From assembly GCA_964511565.1 (NCBI GenBank), contig CAZEFP010000002.1, positions 1-32,793 on the forward strand: 32,793 nucleotides of DNA. The letters are read 5' to 3'. Below the pieces are notes generated by a model that had not been told where the DNA came from, made no database searches, and worked only from the letters and a program-made list of their open reading frames with translations. This document shows, one piece after another, positions 25,189 through 32,793 of the stretch. The translations under genes were made by a program, and so were the position numbers. The first letter of the stretch is position 1; each line of letters begins with the position of its first letter. The DNA is from an uncultured Planctomycetaceae bacterium (GTDB lineage: Bacteria > Planctomycetota > UBA1135 > GCA-002686595).

Positions 25189-25695
25189 ATGAGCGCCGCG
25201 AGATCCCTTCACCCCCTGCTCCTGGAACCCTCCTACTGGCGGGGGCGAGCGCAGGCACTGGAGGCCCACCGGGGCGGCGTCATCTGGACGCCCAGGCCGG
25301 ACCTGGAAGCCCCCGGGATCCGGGTCCTCGAGTTCCGGCTCCGGAGCCTGGACGGGGGACACCTGAGGGGCCTCTTCGCTCGATCTGAATGGCGTAACGG
25401 GCCACATAGTGCGATCCTCCGTACCGTCCGGCCGGCTTCGAGGCTCGAGATCCACAAGGACGAGGTACGCAACGGGGTGGCCGAGTTCGTCCTCCAGGAG
25501 ACACCGGGCCGCCCCCTCGCCGATCGGGTCCTCGACGTGGTCCTCCTGAGCCAGGTCGCCACGGAGACCGAGGGCATCGAGGGGGTCGAGGTGGACCACG
25601 GGGCGAATCGAGGCGACTCGGACGCCGCCGCCATCGCCCAGCAGCTCCTCATTCATCGGATCGTCTCGCCCTCGGCGGACGATCCGAAACTCTAG
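25189..25695 (+). CDS. Hypothetical protein, weakly resembling a truncated acetyl-xylan-esterase (CE7)-like alpha/beta hydrolase
   Basis: 168 aa from ATG 25189. SYW near the N-terminus, then FRLRSLDGGHLRGLF and DRVLDVV. No GxSxG. Confidence 0.55.
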   Translation: MSAARSLHPLLLEPSYWRGRAQALEAHRGGVIWTPRPDLEAPGIRVLEFRLRSLDGGHLRGLFARSEWRNGPHSAILRTVRPASRLEIHKDEVRNGVAEFVLQETPGRPLADRVLDVVLLSQVATETEGIEGVEVDHGANRGDSDAAAIAQQLLIHRIVSPSADDPKL

Positions 25696-25708
25696 GTAGG
25701 TTGCCGAC

Positions 25709-26623
25709 TCAGTAGCCCGAGCCCGCCGCTGCGGGGGTTCCCTGGGCGATCGCAACCGAGGCGGAGGCGCCGATCCTGGTGGCGCCGGCCTCCAGCATGG
25801 CCCGCGCCGCAGCGGCGTCACGGACCCCGCCCGAGGCCTTGCCCCCGACCACCGGCCCCACCGCCCGCCGCATGAGCGAGACGTCCTCGACCGTGGCGCC
25901 GCCGCTGCTGAAGCCCGTCGACGTCTTCACGAAGTCCGCCCCGGCCGCCTTGCAGATCTCACTGGCTCGGACGATCTCGTCCTTGGTGAGCAGGCACGTC
26001 TCGAGGATCACCTTCAGGCGCGCCCCCAGACCGTGACAGGTCGCCGCGACGGCCGCCACGTCCCCCTGGACCGCCTCCAGCAACCCGGACTTCATGGCGC
26101 CGACGTTGAGGACCATGTCCACCTCGCAGGCGCCGTCCTCGATGGCGCGGCGCGCCTCGTAGCTCTTGACCTCGGTGAGCGCGGCGCCGAGCGGGAAGCC
26201 GACGACGGTGCAGACGAGCACCCCGGAGCCCTCGAGGATCTCCGCGCAGCGCCGGACCCAGGTGGAGTTCACGCAGACCGAGGCGAAGCGGTTCTCGATG
26301 GCCTCCGCGCAGAGCTGGTCGATCTCCGCCTGGGTGGCGTCGGGCTTCAGCAACGTGTGATCGATGGAGCTCGCGATGTCGCCGAGCCGGGACGGATCCG
26401 GGCAGCGAGCGCTCCCGTCCCCGGGCGCCACGGAGGAGCAGACCCCGAGCCGGCAGGCTCCGGCCGCCACCAGCGGACGCGCCGCCGCCGCGAGGTCGAC
26501 CTGGAGGGAGAAGGAGGAGCCCGAGCCGTGGAGTCGCTCCCCGGCGAGCAACCGAGCCCCGATCTCCGCCAGCAGGTCCTCCAGCGCCGTGGGATCCAGG
26601 CTGTTGTGTGTGGGTTCAATCAT
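25709..26623 (-). CDS. deoC: Deoxyribose-phosphate aldolase with ~80-aa N-terminal extension
   Basis: [51 protein letters not shown]. Confidence 0.95.
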   Translation of the reverse strand: MIEPTHNSLDPTALEDLLAEIGARLLAGERLHGSGSSFSLQVDLAAAARPLVAAGACRLGVCSSVAPGDGSARCPDPSRLGDIASSIDHTLLKPDATQAEIDQLCAEAIENRFASVCVNSTWVRRCAEILEGSGVLVCTVVGFPLGAALTEVKSYEARRAIEDGACEVDMVLNVGAMKSGLLEAVQGDVAAVAATCHGLGARLKVILETCLLTKDEIVRASEICKAAGADFVKTSTGFSSGGATVEDVSLMRRAVGPVVGGKASGGVRDAAAARAMLEAGATRIGASASVAIAQGTPAAAGSGY

Positions 26624-26635
26624 CGAATCGCGGGC

Positions 26636-27481
26636 TCAGCCCCGTTCCTCATCGAAGGCTCTCGCCAGCTGACGGGCCCGCAGGTGCGCGGCCTCCACCT
26701 CCAGCGTCTTGTGGTTCCGCCGGGCGTGCCGGCCCTCCCCGACCGGGGTGGAGAGGAACGCTGCGAGCACCTCTCGCGCCCCCGCGAGATCGAGGTGCCC
26801 CGACCCCAGCGTGAGCACGTTGGCGTGGTTGTGCTCCCGCGCGTTGCGCGCGGCGGCGGCGTTCCAGCAGTTCGCAGCGAGGACGCCTGGGACCTTGTTC
26901 GCCACCATGGCCGAGCCGATCCCCGCACCGTCGACGATGATCCCCAGGTGCACTCTGCCCTCGGAGACCTCGCGCGCCACGAGGCTGGCGTAGTCGGGGT
27001 AGTCCACGGAGACCTTGGCCGAGTCGGGGCCCAGGTCCACGGGGCGCTCCCCCATCTCCTTCAGGAGCGGGATGAGCTGCGCCTTGAGCTCGAAGCCGCC
27101 GTGGTCGCTCGCGACCGCGATCCGCGCCGGCCGACGGGCGTCGCTGGCCACCGGCGCGAGGGGCTCGGCCGAGCGCCCCGTGACGAAGGTCACGCCCTTC
27201 TGAAAAGCAAGGTCCCTCGCCATGGGCGTGATGCGCGCGCGGGGCGGGATCACGAGCTCGGAGCCTTCCGGGGCGGCCCGAACCAGCCCCTCACCCACGA
27301 GCTCACGCTCCTCGGACTCGGCCGGCGCAGCGTCCCTCGCGCCCATGGACTCCAGCGCCACCGCGCCCGTGGAGACCGCGGGCCCGCTCGCCTGGGTCAT
27401 CGCACGGCGCGCGGCGCGGCGGGCGATGGCTCGCACCGACTGGCGCGGGTCGTCTCCAGGGGATCCCTCGGGGCTCGGCAT
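26636..27481 (-). CDS. rpiB: RpiB/LacAB-family sugar-phosphate isomerase with N-terminal extension
   Basis: ASDHGGFELK, VDYPD, DGAGIGSAMVANKVPG, AREHNHANVL, GRHARR. Probable start ATG 27481. Confidence 0.88.
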   Translation of the reverse strand: MPSPEGSPGDDPRQSVRAIARRAARRAMTQASGPAVSTGAVALESMGARDAAPAESEERELVGEGLVRAAPEGSELVIPPRARITPMARDLAFQKGVTFVTGRSAEPLAPVASDARRPARIAVASDHGGFELKAQLIPLLKEMGERPVDLGPDSAKVSVDYPDYASLVAREVSEGRVHLGIIVDGAGIGSAMVANKVPGVLAANCWNAAAARNAREHNHANVLTLGSGHLDLAGAREVLAAFLSTPVGEGRHARRNHKTLEVEAAHLRARQLARAFDEERG

Positions 27482-27617
27482 GGCGCCAAGTGTAGTGCGC
27501 TGAGGCGGCGAGGGGCGGACCGTCCCGCCAGCCTTTGGATTCCTCTTTCGCGTACCTATAGTGGGGACGGAGGGACACGCACGCCCCTCCATCACCGCAC
27601 CCCAACAGGACGCCGCC

Positions 27618-29858
27618 ATGCGCACACTGCTCAGCCAGTTCTGCGAGGCCTTCGACACCACGGTCCGACCGCTCCTCACGCCCATCAGCGAGGCCAACGC
27701 CGCGCTGACGGAGGCGAAAGAGGACCTCGGGATCCCCGAGGTTCGAGCCGAACTCCTCGACCTCCAACACCGCATCCAGGGCCTCGTCGACAAGGTCGCC
27801 GAGCAGCAGGCCTACGTCCTGCTCTTCGGGCCCCTGAAGAGCGGCAAGTCGACGCTCATGAACGCCCTCGCAGGCACCTACGTCAGCGAGGTGTCGAGCC
27901 TGCCGGCCTACCCCTGCATGGTGTACCTCTCCCACGCGGAGGAGCGCGTCTTCTACGTCTCGCGCTACAGCGGGGAGATGGAGCGGTTCACCGATCCGTC
28001 GGCGCTCTACGGGCATGTGAACGGGGCCCACGAGGAGCTCGCAGCGAAGCTCCGTGAGTCGGAGGCGGCGGAGATCGAGTTCGATCCCTCGCGCCACTAC
28101 CAGGACGCGATCCGCAAGGTCGACGTGCGGCTCCCCGCGGGCGACCTCGCCCAGTCGGGCGCGGTGCTGGTGGACACCCCCGGTCTCTACAGCCGGATGA
28201 AGTTCGGCTACGACCGCATGACCAAGGAGTTCCGCGACTCCGCGTCCTGCGCCATCTTCGTGGTGAAGTCCGACAACCTGTTCCTCGAGCAGGTGTTCGA
28301 GGAGTTCGAGGACCTGCTGGAGCTCTTCAGCCGGATCTTCCTCGTGGTGAACCTCGACACCACCAAGAGCGACCTCTCCCCCGACGGGACCCTGGTCCCG
28401 AGCCTCGAGCAGGAGGACCCCCTCCGCATCATCGACGCGTTCGAGAGCCTCGCCATGCGCGCGCCCCTCAAGCGCGCCGCCGACGACGGGCGACTGAAGA
28501 TCTACCCGGTGGACCTGCTCCGGGCGGCCAGCCACCGCCTCAGCGAGTCCTCCGACGAGTCGCCCGAGGTCCCCGTGCGCGGCCAGGCGAACTTCGACGC
28601 GTTCCTCGAGGACCTGACCGAGTACCTGAACAGCACGGACTACCTCGTGGCCTTCCTCGGGGACAGTCTGCGTCGCGCCTCGGGTCTGCTAGAGGATCTC
28701 GAAGAGGCCTGCGAGGACCCGTCCATCGCGGCCCTCCGGGACCACGCCGACGCCCTCGACGCCCAGCGTCAGGAGCAGCAGCGCCGCCGCCACGCCGTCC
28801 ATCGGCTGGGGGCTTTCGACTGGCGCAGCGCCTTCCGGGAGCTCGACGAGAAGCTCGCGCCCTCCATTCGCGAGCGGGCCCACGTCTCCAGCCAGGAGAC
28901 CGTGAAGGAGCTCGATCGCCTGGTCGATCAGTGGTTCCTCTCCGACGCCAGCTTCGAGTCGCTGATCAACGACGACCTCATCCCGCGCCTCACCCGCTTC
29001 GAGACCGAGCTGACCGGCTTCGTCGCCGAGACCCTCGAGGACGAGGTGCAGCCGGGGACGGCGGGGCTGCTGCTCCCGAGCAACATCGGCGCCGATCTGC
29101 ACGCCGCCGAGATCGACCTCGGCGAGCTGGGGCTCGAGTCCCTCGGGGCCATGAGCAAGGACGCCGCCCTCGGCCACGTCACCGCCCCGGTCGCCGTGGA
29201 GCGGGTCCCGGTGAAGCGCAGCGTGATCGACTGGCTGCTCTTCCGCTCCCAGGCCAAGTGCCGCGAGCGCCTCTTCGGGGACGCGGCCAACCCGGCCGCG
29301 AGGATCCCCGTGGACCGCAAGACCCGGCGGCTCGGAGAGGACGCCCGGCGCGCCATCCGCCGTGAGCTCGACCTGTTCAAGAGCCGCTTCTTCATGGAGA
29401 CCATCCAGCGGGCGCACCGCCACCTGGTCTCGCGCTACGCCGACTTCGCCGTCGACGCCATGGCCGAGCGCCTCGAGGCCCGGGAGGAGTCCATCGGCAT
29501 CCGGCTGCAGGAGATCGTCGACGCGCTCATGGAGCGCCGCAAGGTGCTCAGCCACATCGCCACCCTCCAGGCCCGCGCCGGAGAGGTCCGTGGCGGCGTC
29601 GACGAACTCACGGCGGCGTACGGCCAGACCGAACCCGACAAGCTCATCCAGCCCGCGCCCTCCGGCGGTCTCCCGGCCCCCCCGCAGATCGAGGAGGGCC
29701 TCACGCCCCTGCCCACGATCTCCATGGCGCCGTCGGCAGGCGGCCCCGAGGACTCCCTCGACGACCTCGAGAACATCGCCTCGAACCTGATCCAGATCGC
29801 GCCCGCCCCGGTCTCCGAGGAGGCCCGAGTGGACGAAGAGGAGCCCTTCCCCGGCTGA
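27618..29858 (+). CDS. Bacterial dynamin-like GTPase
   Basis: G1 GPLKSGKSTLMNAL and G3 LVDTPG, long helical C-terminal half, Pro/acidic tail. Alternative start GTG 27561. Confidence 0.8.
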   Translation: MRTLLSQFCEAFDTTVRPLLTPISEANAALTEAKEDLGIPEVRAELLDLQHRIQGLVDKVAEQQAYVLLFGPLKSGKSTLMNALAGTYVSEVSSLPAYPCMVYLSHAEERVFYVSRYSGEMERFTDPSALYGHVNGAHEELAAKLRESEAAEIEFDPSRHYQDAIRKVDVRLPAGDLAQSGAVLVDTPGLYSRMKFGYDRMTKEFRDSASCAIFVVKSDNLFLEQVFEEFEDLLELFSRIFLVVNLDTTKSDLSPDGTLVPSLEQEDPLRIIDAFESLAMRAPLKRAADDGRLKIYPVDLLRAASHRLSESSDESPEVPVRGQANFDAFLEDLTEYLNSTDYLVAFLGDSLRRASGLLEDLEEACEDPSIAALRDHADALDAQRQEQQRRRHAVHRLGAFDWRSAFRELDEKLAPSIRERAHVSSQETVKELDRLVDQWFLSDASFESLINDDLIPRLTRFETELTGFVAETLEDEVQPGTAGLLLPSNIGADLHAAEIDLGELGLESLGAMSKDAALGHVTAPVAVERVPVKRSVIDWLLFRSQAKCRERLFGDAANPAARIPVDRKTRRLGEDARRAIRRELDLFKSRFFMETIQRAHRHLVSRYADFAVDAMAERLEAREESIGIRLQEIVDALMERRKVLSHIATLQARAGEVRGGVDELTAAYGQTEPDKLIQPAPSGGLPAPPQIEEGLTPLPTISMAPSAGGPEDSLDDLENIASNLIQIAPAPVSEEARVDEEEPFPG

Positions 29859-29989
29859 GGCGAACCCGCCGAGCGCCCCCGCTCACGGCGTCCGATCCGG
29901 GCGGCGTCGAGCTCCATGGAGGTGGCGGCTGCCCCGCGGGGTGGCCGCCACCTTCGCGTTCACCCCGGGTCCGCCCTCCCTGGACTCCC

Positions 29990-30172
29990 CTACTGCGCCG
30001 GGGTGCCGCCGGTGACGAAGACCGGCGGGCCGGTGGGCTCGGGCTCCGCCGGCTCTTCGGCCTCACCGCGCCGCACGGTCACCGCGAACACCGTGATGGC
30101 GGAGACGGCCAGCGCACCGAGGAGGACGAGCAGCAGGGTGCGGTGCTGGAGGGCGGGGAAGAGGGAGCGCAT
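29990..30172 (-). CDS. Small single-pass membrane protein (hypothetical)
   Basis: 60 aa with one hydrophobic helix (LLLVLLGALAVSAITVFAV) and an E/P-rich tail. Fills an otherwise empty gap. Confidence 0.5.
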   Translation of the reverse strand: MRSLFPALQHRTLLLVLLGALAVSAITVFAVTVRRGEAEEPAEPEPTGPPVFVTGGTPAQ

Positions 30173-30257
30173 GGAGGAGAGGGTAGTTTCCTCACCACTG
30201 CGGAATCTGGGTCCAAAAAGCGCCCGGAACTGCGCGCCTCACCGCGCCGACATCACG

Positions 30258-31766
30258 TCAGTTGAGCGCGCGACGCAGTCCCCTGGCCCGATCCTGCCAG
30301 CTCGCCCGCAAGAGGTCGAACCGACGCCGGGGAACTCGCCACTCCGCGCTGTCCCCCTCCATCTCATCGGCGAGGTCGCGGGCGTGCTCCGCGAGCACGG
30401 CGCCGAGGAAACCGAAGGCGAGCCTCGGGGTCCCAAGCTCCGCCAGGGTGCTGCGCAGCTCCTCTGCCGTGATGTCGTCGTCGAAGTAGTCTTGCAGCCG
30501 CGCCCCCGGCTGGTCGTCGCCGACCTCCGCCGAGCGGACCGCCCTGAGCCGCTGGGAGGCCACCTGCGCCAGCTCCTGACCGGTCCAGCGGAGCTCGGGG
30601 ATCGTGTTGGCCTTGTCGAGCCGCATGCTCTTCAGCTCCTCCGGCGAGGCGCCCAGGTACAGCCGCGACAGCTCGATCGGGAGGAACATCTTCAGGGCCA
30701 GCCCCTCGAACTGCAGCAGGCGATGCTCGAGGAGTGGCTCGACGAACGGGCGCATGAGCTCGGCGCGGCCGGAGAGCATGGTCGCCTCGTCCACGCGGTC
30801 CATGAGCACGTAGAAGCTGTCCTTGCCGAGCTCGCGCAGGATCGCCACGAAGCGCTGCAGCAGGACGAGCCGCGAGCCCACCGAGCTCCCATCCGGCAGG
30901 GCCAGGTCCCTGCGGATGCTGGCGGGAACGATCTGCAGGAGGCGGGCGAGGGGCTCGGGGTCCCGGGGGACGACCCGGATGGCGCGGATCGCCACGCTGG
31001 CGCGCCCCCGCAGCCAGAGCCGCCGGACCGCCATCCAGAGGCCCGCCGCGCCCAGCAGCCCGAGCCCGAGCACCGTCTGGGTCTCCGCCGCGGGGCGCGG
31101 GATCGCGCTCAGGTCCAGGGGCAGGTCGAAGTGAGCATCGACGAGCAGCAGCGAGCCCAGGAGCACCAGGAGCAGCTGCGCTCCGCGGCGGAAGAACGCC
31201 AGCGGCCGGCGGGCGCGGATGGCGCGGCGCAGCGCGCCGTGGAGCTCGACGCCGGAGAGCTCGTCGCTCCTGGAGAAGAGCGCCGCCAGCGCCAGGAGCG
31301 TCGCCTTCTGCTTGGGGACGAGGCTCCGCGCGCGCGGGTGAGCGCCGTCCGCGATCTCGTGGCAGAGCCGCGAGACCCCCAGGCTGAGGATGGCGTCCAG
31401 GTGATCCGCGAGGCCGAAGCGCTCCACCACGCGGCGGGGCGTCTTGGCCCCGTGGGGCGGGAGCCGGTCGGCCTTGCGCGCCTCGTTCAGAAACGCATCG
31501 AACTCCGTGTACTCGACCAGGAAGGCCGCCGAGTCCTCGCCCTCGAGGCGACGACGCATGGCCAGCCGGAGGCCGCTCTTGCCGCTCCCCTTCTCCCCGA
31601 AGACCACGCCCGGACCGGGCATCCGGGGGTCGCCGAAGAGCCGATCGAAGGACGAGTGGACAGCCTCGGGCGGGACCCTGGGGAGGACCGGGTCCTTGTC
31701 GGCGTCCTGCTGGACGAACGGGTCCTCATCGAGGCCCCAGTGGCGGCGCCAGGTCTGCGTGAACAT
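30258..31766 (-). CDS. P-loop NTPase with an inserted transmembrane hairpin
   Basis: Walker A VFGEKGSGKS and Walker B YVLMDRVDE, separated by two hydrophobic segments (LLLVLLGSLLLV; VLGLGLLGAAGLWMAV). Confidence 0.8.
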   Translation of the reverse strand: MFTQTWRRHWGLDEDPFVQQDADKDPVLPRVPPEAVHSSFDRLFGDPRMPGPGVVFGEKGSGKSGLRLAMRRRLEGEDSAAFLVEYTEFDAFLNEARKADRLPPHGAKTPRRVVERFGLADHLDAILSLGVSRLCHEIADGAHPRARSLVPKQKATLLALAALFSRSDELSGVELHGALRRAIRARRPLAFFRRGAQLLLVLLGSLLLVDAHFDLPLDLSAIPRPAAETQTVLGLGLLGAAGLWMAVRRLWLRGRASVAIRAIRVVPRDPEPLARLLQIVPASIRRDLALPDGSSVGSRLVLLQRFVAILRELGKDSFYVLMDRVDEATMLSGRAELMRPFVEPLLEHRLLQFEGLALKMFLPIELSRLYLGASPEELKSMRLDKANTIPELRWTGQELAQVASQRLRAVRSAEVGDDQPGARLQDYFDDDITAEELRSTLAELGTPRLAFGFLGAVLAEHARDLADEMEGDSAEWRVPRRRFDLLRASWQDRARGLRRALN

Positions 31767-31889
31767 GAGCGGAGCGTTGGTCCGGAGTTGGAAGCGTGAC
31801 GGAGCCGGACCCGGGGATCATAGGACCGTCCGCGACCGGGCTCCCGGGGGCGGACGGCGGAATCGGGAGGTCCCGGTCCGAGGCTCCGC

Positions 31890-32732
31890 TCAGAGAGCGC
31901 CGATGGCCGGGATGGCCGCGCCCAGCAGGCGTGCGAAGTCGCCCGCGATCTGCTTGCCCGCCTCCACCACCTCATCGTGATGCAGGGGAGCGACGGCGAT
32001 CCCCGCCGCGGGGTTGGTGATGCAGGACACGGCGCCGACCCTGAGGCCGGCACCCGCCGCGGCCTTGGCCTCCAGCACCGTGCTCATCCCCACGGCCTGG
32101 GCGCCCGCTCGGTCGAGCATCCGGATCTCCGCCGCCGTCTCGTAGGTCGGCCCCGCGAGCCCCGCGTACACGCCCTCCCTGAGGTCGATGCCGTGCTCCT
32201 CGCCGGCGGCCGTGAGCGCCTCCCCGACCGCGGCGTCGTAGACCTGCGCCTGGCGCCCGCGACCGTCGATCGGCGGCACGACGCCCTGCATGTTCAGGTG
32301 GTCTCGGATGCGCATCAGGCACGGCACCGGCCAGCCGGGAGCGAGGCCTCCCGCGGCGTTGGTCAGCAGGACCGACCGGACGCCGAGGGCAGGGAGCGCC
32401 CGCACCGCCCGCGTGACGACCTCCGCGCTGTGCCCCTCATAGAGGTGCACGCGCCCCTGCTGGCAGAGCACGGGCACGTCCCCGACCTCACCGGCCACGA
32501 AGCGCCCGGCGTGTCCGGGCACCGTGCTGGACGGCATGGAGGGGAGCACCTCGAAGGGCACCGCCGTCGCGTTCTCGAGGCCGTCGGCGAACGCGCCGAG
32601 GCCCGAACCCAGGACGAGCGCCACCCTCGGGCGGGGGGCTCCTGCCGCCTGGAGGGCGCGGTCCAGCTCACCCGCCAGGCCCTCCGCGAGGGCCGCGGGG
32701 CTCCCCGGATCTGCGGCAGCCCCCTGGCTCAA
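31890..32732 (-). CDS. punA: Purine nucleoside phosphorylase (trimeric PNP-I type)
   Basis: VLGSGLG, GRVHLYEG, TNAAGG, GPTYET, VGMST, SCITN, HDEV. TTG start at 32732 overlaps the upstream stop (TTGA). Confidence 0.92.
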   Translation of the reverse strand: MSQGAAADPGSPAALAEGLAGELDRALQAAGAPRPRVALVLGSGLGAFADGLENATAVPFEVLPSMPSSTVPGHAGRFVAGEVGDVPVLCQQGRVHLYEGHSAEVVTRAVRALPALGVRSVLLTNAAGGLAPGWPVPCLMRIRDHLNMQGVVPPIDGRGRQAQVYDAAVGEALTAAGEEHGIDLREGVYAGLAGPTYETAAEIRMLDRAGAQAVGMSTVLEAKAAAGAGLRVGAVSCITNPAAGIAVAPLHHDEVVEAGKQIAGDFARLLGAAIPAIGAL

Positions 32733-32793
32733 AGGAACATCCCCGCGATGGTCGCGGTCATCCACGAGGCCATGGCGCCGCCGAGCATGGCGC
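32729..32793 (-). CDS. 3' end of a concentrative nucleoside transporter (NupC/CNT family), partial
   Basis: Not in the ORF track. Hand translation gives ...AMLGGAMASWMTATIAGMFL*, the typical CNT C-terminus, directly upstream of PNP. Confidence 0.75.
   Translation of the reverse strand, partial: AMLGGAMASWMTATIAGMFL

Overview
Very GC-rich bacterial window. Gene content such as an ASPIC/UnbV protein suggests a Planctomycetota-like organism, but this is inference. Left part (1-8.6 kb): end of an ASPIC/UnbV protein, two hypotheticals, ppk1 and a dienelactone hydrolase, converging on a YbiB/TrpD2-like gene, ppx and an aldo/keto reductase. Centre (8.7-24.8 kb, minus strand): a tightly coupled ~16 kb operon of 11 paralogous amidohydrolase-superfamily genes (12 domains), all with N-terminal signal peptides. 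Only 4 contiguous genes keep the full metal site (HxH, K, H, H, D). The other 7 genes (8 domains) are intact ORFs that have lost it. This suggests an undescribed exported hetero-oligomeric hydrolase built from catalytic and pseudo-enzyme subunits, and it is the main finding. Right part (25-32.8 kb): nucleoside/pentose catabolism (partial NupC-type transporter, purine nucleoside phosphorylase, RpiB, DeoC). RpiB and DeoC carry N-terminal extensions resembling microcompartment cargo. A dynamin-like GTPase and a membrane-embedded P-loop ATPase lie among these genes. No rRNA, tRNA, CRISPR array or mobile element was recognised.
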